In this document: positions 18,611 to 28,080 of the stretch, piece by piece
Position numbering within the stretch: position 1 is the stretch's first letter
Layout of the letters: each line of letters begins with the position of its first letter
Assembly (NCBI GenBank): GCA_965218975.1
Contig: OZ244717.1
Coordinates: forward strand, 640,001 to 704,000
Direction: 5' to 3'
Source of the DNA: Candidatus Oxydemutatoraceae bacterium
GTDB lineage: Bacteria > Pseudomonadota > Gammaproteobacteria > Poriferisulfidales > Oxydemutatoraceae
Length of the DNA: 64,000 nucleotides
Notes under the pieces: generated by a model
What the model saw: only the letters and a program-made list of their open reading frames with translations
What the model was told of the DNA's origin: nothing
Databases searched by the model: none
Translations under genes and position numbers: made by a program

Positions 18611-18985
18611 TTATTCAGTAAAAATATTTTTCTGTTGGGTGGTGTCTAAAATATGCCGGATGGTCACGCCGGACAAGCCGAACTCGTCAATGAGTTCGGC
18701 GATTGATTTACCGTTGCGGTACGCCCGCCGCACCGCTTCGTCGCGCGCGTGGCGACGGCCGTAAAGAGGGATGGTAATTGTCTCGCCGCGGAACGCCCAT
18801 CCGATACGGTTCGCCTTGTTATAGCCCACCGCTGAGCACCACGGATGCCCCGGCGGAATCTTGCCGGAAGAAGAAATCCAGTAGCGCTGCCCACCGCATG
18901 CGGCTGACAGGCGAATCGCCGCATCCAGCCCGATATGCGCCGCGATCTCGTGCAGTAGGGGCGGTAGATTATCCCGTTTCGGCAT
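18611..18985 (-). CDS. Mor/C-family transcription activator
   Basis: LPPLLHEIAAHIG.DAA..L....GGQ...IP and C-terminal RDEAVRRAY.NG.SI.EL...FGLS. Confidence 0.85.
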   Translation of the reverse strand: MPKRDNLPPLLHEIAAHIGLDAAIRLSAACGGQRYWISSSGKIPPGHPWCSAVGYNKANRIGWAFRGETITIPLYGRRHARDEAVRRAYRNGKSIAELIDEFGLSGVTIRHILDTTQQKNIFTE

Positions 18986-19385
18986 GCCGTTGTTGCCGCT
19001 TGATCAATGCCGTGATGACGGCGCTCAATTGTTTCGGGGCACACCATGCAATCGTGTCCAGCCCATACATCTGCCTCACAATCCCGTCGGCGTAGCGCCA
19101 CGACAAATCCCCCTCCGCCAGCAACCGTCCGATCTTCTGCAATTGCTTACATGACCGTAGCGCTGCCGGCGCACCGGCCGTCGGAATTGATTTGCGCCGC
19201 GCCGGCCGCCAGCCGCAAGCGCGCAGGTGGCTGATCACTTGTCGCCGCCCGAAACTGTCGAGCTGCGCCGCACTCCTGACGCGCGCGACACGCCACAATA
19301 CATCACGGTAGGCGGCATCGTCCAGCCCGAGGTCGGACGCACCGATATGGATCAACGCGAGCTCGCGGTTGCGGTTAGTTGTCAT
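18969..19385 (-). CDS. gemA: GemA (Mu gp16)-like regulatory protein
   Basis: LALIHIGASDLGLDDAAYRD.L...RSAAQL. Confidence 0.85.
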   Translation of the reverse strand: MTTNRNRELALIHIGASDLGLDDAAYRDVLWRVARVRSAAQLDSFGRRQVISHLRACGWRPARRKSIPTAGAPAALRSCKQLQKIGRLLAEGDLSWRYADGIVRQMYGLDTIAWCAPKQLSAVITALIKRQQRHAETG

Positions 19386-19887
19386 CGCGCCGGTCTCTAA
19401 GAGAGTTATACTCTCTTATGTCCTCTCTCAGCGTGCCTTTGCCGACCTTTTGCGGCGCGCTATAACAAAAACCTAATTCCTCTACGCTTTCGATCAAATC
19501 TGCGCAAGACTCGCAGTAATAGACTTTTCCGACAAAAACATCACTATTATGATCAGGATATATCCCCAAATCGACTTCTTGATCTGTCGGTATTCTATAT
19601 AAATCCATAGATCCGATGTCGGTAGTCCCTAGCTTAATTTTACAGCCGCATTCCAAAAAGACCAAATCCCCCGGCAGAATGTTGGTTGATATGCCGTAGA
19701 GTGTCATGATGCTGAACGCATCAGATCCTTTGTCTAATATTATGACCGTCTCGCCAGCTGGTATATCGCTAGCTGGTAAATCCCCATGATCGCTACGGAG
19801 TTTACGCGCAGTGACAATATTTCTCTGTTTCTCCCACCACGATAGCGGCTGTTGCTTATACATTTTGCGTGTGATCGGTGTCATCAT
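19375..19887 (-). CDS. Hypothetical accessory phage protein, Cys-containing
   Basis: 170-aa ORF with AGGAG RBS; CGC and CESC motifs; lower GC. Confidence 0.6.
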   Translation of the reverse strand: MMTPITRKMYKQQPLSWWEKQRNIVTARKLRSDHGDLPASDIPAGETVIILDKGSDAFSIMTLYGISTNILPGDLVFLECGCKIKLGTTDIGSMDLYRIPTDQEVDLGIYPDHNSDVFVGKVYYCESCADLIESVEELGFCYSAPQKVGKGTLREDIREYNSLRDRRDDN

Positions 19888-19896
19888 TGTTCTCCT

Positions 19897-20259
19897 TTAC
19901 GGTTGACATGTTGGCCGGTTCTGCATGACCGCCCGCCGGACCAACCGACAATTCAGCTGCCATGTCGGTCTGACGGTTGCTTTTATCCCTAACTCTTTTA
20001 ACAGGGTTTGCGGCGTGGTTTTGGCAATGAAATAAATCTTGTTGTCTTTCCCGCAATAAACACCCGTGTGGGTAATGCCTCCCAATATCATGCTGTCGTA
20101 CATGGGCTCGCCGTCATTTCTGGCCAACTGCAGATGCAGACGATTAACCACCTCTGTGCAAGCGCTTTGGCGATCGTCGTATATGGGCAGTTGGTATCCT
20201 ATTTGTTCCTTTGTCGTATATTCCATCGTTGTTTGCGATGTCGTAGTCTCGGTAATCAA
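19897..20259 (-). CDS. Hypothetical phage protein
   Basis: ORF overlapping gam stop. Confidence 0.5.
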   Translation of the reverse strand: MITETTTSQTTMEYTTKEQIGYQLPIYDDRQSACTEVVNRLHLQLARNDGEPMYDSMILGGITHTGVYCGKDNKIYFIAKTTPQTLLKELGIKATVRPTWQLNCRLVRRAVMQNRPTCQP

Positions 20260-20774
20260 TCGGCATCAACAGCCTCCCGCTCTTTCTCTTGGATCATCGC
20301 CGCCACCATTTTCTCAATGTCCGTGTCGGTGTCTTTGATCACGACTTCGTCTCCGGTATCAATCACACGCACGCCCATTTTGCGCAGGTCGGCTGCGTCC
20401 AGTTCGGCCAGCGCCGATTTGACCGGTTTTTTCGACACTTTGATTAGCATGTCGAAATCATCGATGAAGTGTTTCTCGATGTAGCCGATCACTCTATTCT
20501 CATCGTCGTATTCGATGATGCCCTTGCCCTTGCGCAAGCCGACTTTGATGCCGTGCAGCACACAGGTTTTAGGCTTGTCGAACAGTCCGGGATTAGCCTC
20601 GATATATTCCTTCAGTTCAATGCGTGCGGCGGCGACTTGCGACACCGCCTCACGGATCTCTTTAAGGTGCTTTTGCTTCGCACGCTCAAGGTCGGCGTTG
20701 AGTTTTCCGACCACCCCCGCCAAGTAATCTTGCTCGGCACGCAGCGCTTCGCACATATATTCAATTTGTTCCAT
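20256..20774 (-). CDS. gam: Gam-like host-nuclease inhibitor
   Basis: LFDKPKT..LHGIKVGLRKGKG...KKPVKSAL...VVIK; position in early operon. Confidence 0.8.
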   Translation of the reverse strand: MEQIEYMCEALRAEQDYLAGVVGKLNADLERAKQKHLKEIREAVSQVAAARIELKEYIEANPGLFDKPKTCVLHGIKVGLRKGKGIIEYDDENRVIGYIEKHFIDDFDMLIKVSKKPVKSALAELDAADLRKMGVRVIDTGDEVVIKDTDTDIEKMVAAMIQEKEREAVDAD

Positions 20775-20786
20775 TGTCTTCTCCTT

Positions 20787-21122
20787 TTAATCTCTTAATC
20801 TGAGTTGTCCTTTAAGGTCCGGCAACGATACTCGTTTCATCGCCGCGACTTGTTCCAACGAATCCATCGCCCGCGAGAATAGGAAGCGACAAGTACGCTC
20901 CAATTCTTCTGCACCCGCAGCAATGAAATACCCTTGATTCGGATGCGCGCAAATGTGGTGTCCTTCCTTGCGCAATTCACTGACCACATGCCGCACTCGT
21001 CGTTCCGTCGCCGCGCTTTCGCAACCGATAATCTTGCGCACCAACTCGCGGCATGTCCGACCGTTGGCGGCGCCGATCTCAAGCGCTGCGAGCAAACTGC
21101 TGCGTGTGACCAAATCCGCCAT
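20787..21122 (-). CDS. Winged-HTH domain protein
   Basis: ERRVRHVVSELRKEGHHICAHP..GYF. Confidence 0.7.
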   Translation of the reverse strand: MADLVTRSSLLAALEIGAANGRTCRELVRKIIGCESAATERRVRHVVSELRKEGHHICAHPNQGYFIAAGAEELERTCRFLFSRAMDSLEQVAAMKRVSLPDLKGQLRLRD

Positions 21123-21397
21123 CAGTGCAACGTGTTGCCGTAATGCAGGAGGCGGCGCATCTCTCCCGGTTGTGGGATAATGATCTCCACCAGCACGTCG
21201 TCGATCTTGGCAACATGCATGCCGGCCGTAAGCTTTTGCCCGCCGACCAATTGCGTCCCTTCGGCGCCGACCATCACCCGCGCCTCTCGACGTGTCACAA
21301 TCACACACAACGCTTTGATGTTCATACCGTTGAACCGGCGCAACACACGCATCGCTCGCAACATGTTTTGCCGTGTGGTTTTGTTTTTGCCTTCCAT
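21122..21397 (-). CDS. Hypothetical phage protein
   Basis: GGAG RBS, start MEGKNK, TGATG coupling to next gene. Confidence 0.55.
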   Translation of the reverse strand: MEGKNKTTRQNMLRAMRVLRRFNGMNIKALCVIVTRREARVMVGAEGTQLVGGQKLTAGMHVAKIDDVLVEIIIPQPGEMRRLLHYGNTLH

Positions 21398-21407
21398 CTC
21401 GTTGCTC

Positions 21408-22364
21408 CTAAATAATCGGTTGCTCGGTGAGTTCGCGCCACGCGCGACGGATATGGTCGGCGTCAATGTCGCCTTGCGCCAATGCGGATGCAAGCCGGAT
21501 CGTTTGCACGACACCGCGCAACGCGCCCGGGCGCTGTGCGATTTTCTCTAACAGCGACCGCTCTTTGCTGCCGGTAACATTCAGTGCTTTACCGAGTGCT
21601 GCAACATCGCTATCCGCCGGACGCCGCAAATGCACCCGCTTGGAGATGCGGCTGAACATCTGCGCGAACGATGCGGCGCGGATGCCCCCCGTCAGCCGCG
21701 AGTAAATCGTGTCGTTGCCCATAATCGCCAACCCGGTCGCGCCCGCGGCGTCGAAGATGCTGCGGATTTGCTCTATGACTTGTATGCGCAGGTGCTGCGC
21801 TTCGTCCACAATAAGCAGCCCATCCGTGTCTTTCAGCCGCTCAAGGATTTCGGCCTCTACCACCGCGCAGCGCCGCCCGCTCGGCTTGATTCCCAACACA
21901 ACGGCGATTTTCTCCAGCGTCGCCAGCATCGAAGACGATGCCGGTGTAATCGTCGTGATCCACGCATTAGAGTGCTTGGCGGCATAGTGCTGTGCCGTGC
22001 GTGTTTTACCCATGCCCGCGCCGCCGTATACCACCACCAACTCATGCGCCGCTTGTGCGAATGCCAGTGTCGCACCGATGCGCTTGCCGGTGTGGGTGGC
22101 AATGTAATCCGGCAACGGTAGAATGGTGGTTTGTCCATGTTGGGATTCGGTCTCGAGCCAGCGTTTTATTTTGTGCTCTAAATTGGTTTTAGAACCCTTG
22201 TAAATACCGTTTAACCACTGATTAAACGCCGTCTGCGAGATGCCGATTCTCGCTGCAGTGGATTTCTGACTGGTATTCAGTCTGCGCACTTCGGCGCGTA
22301 CTCTTGCGGTCAGATAGTCCTCGATAGCAGCGATGTTGCCGTTTGTTTGTTTTGGGTTTTCCAT
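21408..22364 (-). CDS. MuB-like AAA+ transposition ATPase
   Basis: N-terminal HTH, Walker A GGAGMGKT, Walker B LLIVDEAQHL. Confidence 0.95.
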   Translation of the reverse strand: MENPKQTNGNIAAIEDYLTARVRAEVRRLNTSQKSTAARIGISQTAFNQWLNGIYKGSKTNLEHKIKRWLETESQHGQTTILPLPDYIATHTGKRIGATLAFAQAAHELVVVYGGAGMGKTRTAQHYAAKHSNAWITTITPASSSMLATLEKIAVVLGIKPSGRRCAVVEAEILERLKDTDGLLIVDEAQHLRIQVIEQIRSIFDAAGATGLAIMGNDTIYSRLTGGIRAASFAQMFSRISKRVHLRRPADSDVAALGKALNVTGSKERSLLEKIAQRPGALRGVVQTIRLASALAQGDIDADHIRRAWRELTEQPII

Positions 22365-22417
22365 ATAATCACCTCATTGTTTGTCGTTACGCCCGGCTTC
22401 TGTCGGGTGTTTTTCAG

Positions 22418-24409
22418 TCAGCTGTCCACGCTGAACAGACGCTCCGTGTCGGTTAATTCCTCCTCGTCCTCACGCAACTGAATGGACGCTTCCCAATCAA
22501 TTGCCTCTGCCGGCGTATGGGTCGGCAGCTCCTCACCGAAGGCGGCGCGGACAACTTTGGTGTCGGGTTTATCAGTCTGCCGACTCGCGCTCGCGCCCAT
22601 CACTGCCTCGCCCACTTCTTCAATCGTCATCCGTCGCTCGGCAGCGAGCATCTGCTTGGTCGACTTCACCAACTCGCAGCGCGCGCGGCTGACTTTCCGC
22701 GCCGCATCCGCATCACCGAATCCGACCGGTGCCAGACACTCGGCAGCACCGATGATCTCGCCGGTTTGGCGGTACAACCACACCGGCCGGTGCAAGGCAT
22801 CCGGGTCAAACCGGACCGTGACCCGCTGTCCGATCAGGTCGTACATAAGAGGTGAGTGATAACGGTTTTGCGCAAAGCCCGGCACTTTGCCCGCAGACAG
22901 AACAACGGTTGCATCGTGTCTGACTTTGACCGACTCAGCCTCAAGCATCCACATCCGGCGTTGCTCTTCGGTGCCTTTGCGAATCGTGGTGCTCTGATAT
23001 GATTCGGCGAATGCTTGATCGAATGACCGCGTCCCGCCGCATATCTCCGTGCGCCGGTGCCGGCGGGCATTCCATGCGGCGACTTCCGCCGCGGCAATAC
23101 TGACAAAATCCTGATAGGTGATTGCCTTACTGGCGTAATTCTCGGGCTTGGATTGCGGGTCGCTCCCAGTGTAGGCGCCAGCAAGTCCCGGGTGTTTGTC
23201 AAGCGACTCACCGAAACCGCCGACACCGAATGCACGCTCAACCGGTTTGGATTGCCCCCAGCCGCGCGCCTTGCTGCCTGCTTGCACAACGCTCGTCCAA
23301 TGCACTCGGATGCCGAGTGCCGGCAACAAGCCTAGCGGGTCGGATTCCTTGACCTTGAACCGATACCGGTTCGGCACTCTGCCGGTCAGCCATTTGTTCG
23401 CCGCCGCTCTGGTGTTGTCTATCGTGACATGCCGTGGGATACCGAAGCGCTCAACCACATCGCCGAATGCCAACCGTATCTGGCATGAGTTTTCCGTCTC
23501 TGCCGTACGGTGCGCTAATATTTTGCCTGAGTAAACATCCTGCCAAAACCACGTTTTCGGTCGCTCGATGCGCCCGTCCGGGAATCTGACAAATACATTG
23601 TGTTGATAGCCGTCGCCGTTAATCCACTCAAGTGCGTGTAATTCCGATTTGTCCCTTTGCAGCGGCGGGTAGCTGCGGCGCAAGGCGACCTCGCCCTCGC
23701 GCGCGAGTGTTCTTGCCGCCTGCGGAATACGGCTTTTGACCCAGCGCCGGAACGTGCGCTCGCTCGGGATAGCCCAGCCGCGCTGCTCAGCAACGCGGCG
23801 CAACCGTTCGTAACATGCTGCGACAGTCGGTCGCTCGGGGCGCAGGTAGTCGGACTTGAATTGTTCCCATGCTTCGGCAGTGATGGCTGCATTCGTGCTG
23901 CCGGTGATGTGGCGCGACAGGCAGACCGCGGCGAGATCGTCATCGGCAATGTTGCGATGCCGGTAATGTAATCGCTCTAGTGTTTTGGGTGAGATGCCGG
24001 TGTGTTTTGCGGCTGCTTTAATCGCCGTTTGAAGCGGGGTTAAACGGGGTTTATTACGGATTTGAATCAGCGCCGTCGCTTTCTCTTGCGCTTGCTTTTG
24101 TGCTGTCGATGCCGCTAGTTCCCATCGCCGCCATAAAAGAGAGGGGGCGGTTTGCGTCGCCCCCTCAGATGCATCGCCGTTTGTTTTTAAGGAGGGTAGC
24201 GATGCGTCGGCCGATGCCGATAACTTCCGTTGTGCCGCAAGCGGCAACGATGAGATGTGATATTCACGTCCGCCGCCGCGGCCTCGGCGCGGACGGCTGA
24301 GCCAGCCTTCGCGGTGGGCTTTTCCGCGGATTCTCTTGACGTCTGTTGGGATACCGCTAACTTCTACGTTTTGAATTTCTTTTAAATCAAACCACATGGC
24401 CTGCCCCAA
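22418..24409 (-). CDS. MuA-like DDE transposase
   Basis: HTH_Mu RGRGGGREYHISSLP; NGDG, IDNTRAAANK, SKPVERAF; VRFDPDAL. Confidence 0.96.
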   Translation of the reverse strand: MGQAMWFDLKEIQNVEVSGIPTDVKRIRGKAHREGWLSRPRRGRGGGREYHISSLPLAAQRKLSASADASLPSLKTNGDASEGATQTAPSLLWRRWELAASTAQKQAQEKATALIQIRNKPRLTPLQTAIKAAAKHTGISPKTLERLHYRHRNIADDDLAAVCLSRHITGSTNAAITAEAWEQFKSDYLRPERPTVAACYERLRRVAEQRGWAIPSERTFRRWVKSRIPQAARTLAREGEVALRRSYPPLQRDKSELHALEWINGDGYQHNVFVRFPDGRIERPKTWFWQDVYSGKILAHRTAETENSCQIRLAFGDVVERFGIPRHVTIDNTRAAANKWLTGRVPNRYRFKVKESDPLGLLPALGIRVHWTSVVQAGSKARGWGQSKPVERAFGVGGFGESLDKHPGLAGAYTGSDPQSKPENYASKAITYQDFVSIAAAEVAAWNARRHRRTEICGGTRSFDQAFAESYQSTTIRKGTEEQRRMWMLEAESVKVRHDATVVLSAGKVPGFAQNRYHSPLMYDLIGQRVTVRFDPDALHRPVWLYRQTGEIIGAAECLAPVGFGDADAARKVSRARCELVKSTKQMLAAERRMTIEEVGEAVMGASASRQTDKPDTKVVRAAFGEELPTHTPAEAIDWEASIQLREDEEELTDTERLFSVDS

Positions 24410-24596
24410 AGTCCTTTTCTAGCCTTTGAATAATTTGTTTCGTAATAGTCCCGTGTCTTTTGCTTTCAGGAGCTTTTGTTATGCGCTCAATAACTTTGTG
24501 AACCATGTCTGGGTTAAAACCGCTTTGTTTAGACCAATCAGCTAATGTGGTTTCGCGGTCTACCAGAATGAGTTTGATACGTTTTTTCAGGTTCAT
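24387..24596 (-). CDS. Ner/Cro-like small DNA-binding protein
   Basis: 69 aa with HTH-like TLADWSKQSGFNPDMVHKVI; divergent from repressor. Confidence 0.75.
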   Translation of the reverse strand: MNLKKRIKLILVDRETTLADWSKQSGFNPDMVHKVIERITKAPESKRHGTITKQIIQRLEKDFGAGHVV

Positions 24597-24653
24597 TATG
24601 TTATAGTGCTACTGTTTGTCAGTTTCCTGACATTTTACCTATGAATAAGGTAT

Positions 24654-25328
24654 ATGTCAACACATATTAAGCACCTAGATAATACAGATAAGATAGAAAT
24701 TGCGCAGAGGCTTAAGCAATCAAGAGAGAAAACAGGTTTGAGCCAATCTGGTTTTGCTAATTCTATAGGGTTTTCGGTTAGTGCTTATCAAAATTACGAA
24801 CAGGGTATTAGACCCCTGCCAGTATCGCTTGTTCGTAGGTTATATTCTGTTCATAGCGTTGGCCCTCTATGGCTTCTCTCTGGTGTAAACCAAGGCCTAT
24901 CGCTAGATCGCTCCTCAACCGAGGATATGATTCCTATATATAATGTGTGTGCTGCTGCTGGTTCAGGTGCGGTAGCACCAGACCACGAACGCGTGGATGC
25001 TTTGTTGTCAATCAACATAAGCTGGTTACGGCGCGAGTTTGGTGTCAACCCAAACAAACTTGCCGCTATCGAAATTATTGGTGACTCAATGGAGCCATTA
25101 TTGCGTCCTGGTGAAATTGCTGTTCTGCATACAGGTTCAAAGTTTGGTGACGGCATCTTTTGCTTACGTTATGACGATGACCTCGTTATCAAGCGCGTGC
25201 AGCGTATGCCGCATAAATGGCGGATTTCTTCTGTTAATGAAGCATATCCTCCATACGAGATTAGCAAAAAAGACTTAAAAAGTGTTGTTGTCATAGGACA
25301 ACTGATTATAACTATTAAACGTATATAA
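24654..25328 (+). CDS. Prophage repressor (XRE HTH plus S24 peptidase)
   Basis: RLKQSREKTGLSQ..FA...YQNYEQG; AAAGSG; GDSMEP; VIKRV. Confidence 0.92.
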   Translation: MSTHIKHLDNTDKIEIAQRLKQSREKTGLSQSGFANSIGFSVSAYQNYEQGIRPLPVSLVRRLYSVHSVGPLWLLSGVNQGLSLDRSSTEDMIPIYNVCAAAGSGAVAPDHERVDALLSINISWLRREFGVNPNKLAAIEIIGDSMEPLLRPGEIAVLHTGSKFGDGIFCLRYDDDLVIKRVQRMPHKWRISSVNEAYPPYEISKKDLKSVVVIGQLIITIKRI

Positions 25329-25343
25329 AAAATGAGGATTTAA

Positions 25344-25955
25344 ATGTGCAACAGTAATATTAGTTTTACGTTTGTCGTCTGCTTAATCGCGTTTTCTCTC
25401 TCTGGCAGCGGTAGCGCTGATCAATACATTGGGAAAATAAGCCCTTATGCGTTGTCCCCATACACAAAGCATGGTTACCCTGATACATTGAAAAAATATG
25501 GCTCGCGTCTAAAAGAGATTGAGTTTTTTAGGCGGAAAGCTGCTGAACTGGCCATTGAAAGCAATAAATGCGATGTTGTTGAGATCGTTGAGTTGAGTAT
25601 GTCAAGAAGCAGTTTAAACCACCTGCATTTTTGGGTAGATTGCCGTAATTTACAACGTATATACTTGGACGAATTCCAGCTTTCCAAAGGCGGAGATGTA
25701 CTAACTGAAAAAGAGAAATCTTGGGACAAAAATACTTCAATTGCTTTATGCCGAAAGGGAATTCTAAATAAACTAAACTTAAGGACGGTGAACATCCATG
25801 AAACAACACGCCGCAAAGCTCCACGCACTTATAATGTCGCTGTAACGATCGCTTTTAATGCAGAGAAAGTAACAGGTCTAAAAACCAAGTTTTTGGCTAG
25901 GTGCCATTTTACTCCTGGCAACCCGGGTACCATAGAAATCATACCAAGATATTAG
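25344..25955 (+). CDS. Secreted/periplasmic hypothetical protein (moron)
   Basis: Signal-peptide-like N-terminus, GAGG RBS, low GC, downstream of repressor. Confidence 0.7.
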   Translation: MCNSNISFTFVVCLIAFSLSGSGSADQYIGKISPYALSPYTKHGYPDTLKKYGSRLKEIEFFRRKAAELAIESNKCDVVEIVELSMSRSSLNHLHFWVDCRNLQRIYLDEFQLSKGGDVLTEKEKSWDKNTSIALCRKGILNKLNLRTVNIHETTRRKAPRTYNVAVTIAFNAEKVTGLKTKFLARCHFTPGNPGTIEIIPRY

Positions 25956-26134
25956 TATCACCGTCTCTTTCCTACGAATCAACCCGCAAGGATTTCGATG
26001 CCATTGCCGTTATTGGCCGGCTCGTCCTTGTTCTTAAACGTGCATGAATACAGGAGATCACTTTTCATCGCAAAACAAAACAGCGGGAACGCTTGATTAC
26101 CAACTACCCTGGACAACTAACAACTCAAACTGCG

Positions 26135-26189
26135 AACTTGGGCGCCTAACTTGGGCGTTTAACTTGGGCGCCTAACTTGGGCGTTTAAC
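26135..26189. repeat. Four 13-bp tandem repeats near prophage end
   Basis: (AACTTGGGCGCCT AACTTGGGCGTTT) x2. Confidence 0.9.
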
Positions 26190-26499
26190 CTCTGAGGACT
26201 AATTAAAACAAGGATTTAACGCCATTTTCCATCCCTCATTCCGGTTGTCCGAAAATCACGTAAGCCATTGCTTTGTGATTTTCCGCACGGACACAGTGAG
26301 GGACATTCATTTATCGCCAGAAACCCGCACCCCAATTCGCTTTAACCCACTTCAACCCGCTCCAACTCGCTTCCTCATTTCCCTTGTCCGCGTGCAGAGG
26401 GGAACGACAGATGTATTCCTGCCGGCATATATGTCCGATCGCCGGTAATCAATGAATCTGCTTATCATCACCGATATATTCATTTTTGTATGGCAGTGA

Positions 26500-27921
26500 T
26501 CATAAGACGCCTGAGCAAGGGGCGGCAGGCAAATGCATATCACCGGCGGCGGAGTTTCCTTTTTCTTCGGGTGCAAGAGTTGAATTTATGCGCAGATGGA
26601 ATTTAATTGCCTGAAAAACCTCTTGCGTTAATCGGTCTTCGCTTGCAGGGAGCGCGATACTGCGTTTGGTGACGAAATTAAAAAGCAATGGGTTATATGA
26701 ATAGATCTCATCCAGCTGCTTCTTTTGCTCTTGCGAGATCAGCTTTTCCCGCACCAAGCTTGCGGTCGGATTCAACAGGGAGGTTGCCACCAGAGGGTAG
26801 TCGCTGCCGTTGCGGATTCGACCGCTGAGCATTCCGGCCGGTTGCACGTGTTCTATTATTTTGGAGATGACGTTTTGGGATTGATCGTGAAAATGCAGAG
26901 GGTGATTTATCATGGCTGCCGATATTTCTCCGAACAAACGCCCCTTGTGCCGCTGCTCTTGCATAATTTCCATGAAGCGGTCGAAATAAGAGTCGCCGTC
27001 TGTCGGGTGTTTCCCCTTTCTGCCGACGTGTAGCGCTACGACAGTGACTCCTCGATTAAGGGGATAGCGTAACATGGCGGGGTCTCCCAGTCGGTTGTTG
27101 TCATCGTACACACGAAAAGCGTGTTCGTCTCCTGTATGTATCAGTAACGTGATCCCCGCTTTTGCAAGCGCCTCGTAATGTATTTTTCTTACCAGTTTTA
27201 GGCCGATGTTCATTGAAGGCGGCAACCATTTCATGAATTTGACACCTCGTTTCGCAAGCTCGCGCACTTTTACTTCAAAGTCTTTCCGGTACGGGTGAAC
27301 CGAGGCGACCGGAATGACTTTCGTCATCGCCTTGTCCGAGTTTGCCTCAAGTACGCGATTGAATTTTTCGGCCAGGCGAATAACGCAATCGTCAGATACG
27401 TACATATCGGTCCGTTTCAGGTTGCGTTGCCTGTCTTCATCATAGTAATAATCAATCGCATAGATATAAAACTTACTTTGCACCGGTCGGGCAACATAAT
27501 CGAGGTTTGACTGAACACTTTGAAAATGCAGCAGCAAATCCAGCAGCCGGTCTGCGTACTGTTCGTCGAGTCTGGCATAATCGGTGACTCCGGACGCGCT
27601 CATCAGCACTCGTGTCTTGATCATCCGGTAGGGTTTCCACCAAGTATATAAGTCGGGAGAGATGTAGGCGTCACATCCGGTCATTGTGCCCCGGGCGACG
27701 ATATGAATATGGTGGTCAATGATCGCTGTGTCCATACCCGACAAGGCTTGTCTGATCATCTGTTTGGCTCCGGCGCTGATATTTGCATCCATTTCTTCCG
27801 GAGGACCTTTGAAGTTTCCGCCGTAGTAATCATACAGCGGTGCGCAACCGCATAAGACCGACATAACCGCGACCGCAACAAATAGCCCGGGCAGAATCTT
27901 CAATGGTTCAGGCGCAGGCAC
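26500..27921 (-). CDS. Amidohydrolase-family protein, probable lipoprotein
   Basis: IDHHIH, LIHTG, VVALH, NGSDYP; LCGC lipobox-like. Confidence 0.85.
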   Translation of the reverse strand: MPAPEPLKILPGLFVAVAVMSVLCGCAPLYDYYGGNFKGPPEEMDANISAGAKQMIRQALSGMDTAIIDHHIHIVARGTMTGCDAYISPDLYTWWKPYRMIKTRVLMSASGVTDYARLDEQYADRLLDLLLHFQSVQSNLDYVARPVQSKFYIYAIDYYYDEDRQRNLKRTDMYVSDDCVIRLAEKFNRVLEANSDKAMTKVIPVASVHPYRKDFEVKVRELAKRGVKFMKWLPPSMNIGLKLVRKIHYEALAKAGITLLIHTGDEHAFRVYDDNNRLGDPAMLRYPLNRGVTVVALHVGRKGKHPTDGDSYFDRFMEIMQEQRHKGRLFGEISAAMINHPLHFHDQSQNVISKIIEHVQPAGMLSGRIRNGSDYPLVATSLLNPTASLVREKLISQEQKKQLDEIYSYNPLLFNFVTKRSIALPASEDRLTQEVFQAIKFHLRINSTLAPEEKGNSAAGDMHLPAAPCSGVL

Positions 27922-28080
27922 TCAAGGGGTCGTGGTCGGTTTGCTTGATTGGCGGTCTGCAGCTTGTGACCGTTGACACGCATGTGTTGCATGCACCGTG
28001 ACTTTTCCGGCAGGCTCTTTGTCTGCAAAATACCGGTTATTTCGGACTATGGATATGGCCCCGCACGAATGCAACGTGTA

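Larger units (their letters stand above)
1..26409 (-). mobile_element. Mu-like transposable prophage with siphovirus-type tail (tail end extends beyond window start)
   Basis: Mu gene order c / ner-A-B-gam-gemA-mor-lys-gp26-gp27-terminase-portal-F-G-I-capsid-gp36-gp37-tail. Candidate terminal CA at 26408-26409 (minus strand reads TGTCGTTCC...), with repeated TGTCCG motifs inside it. The exact boundary is inferred. Confidence 0.93.
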
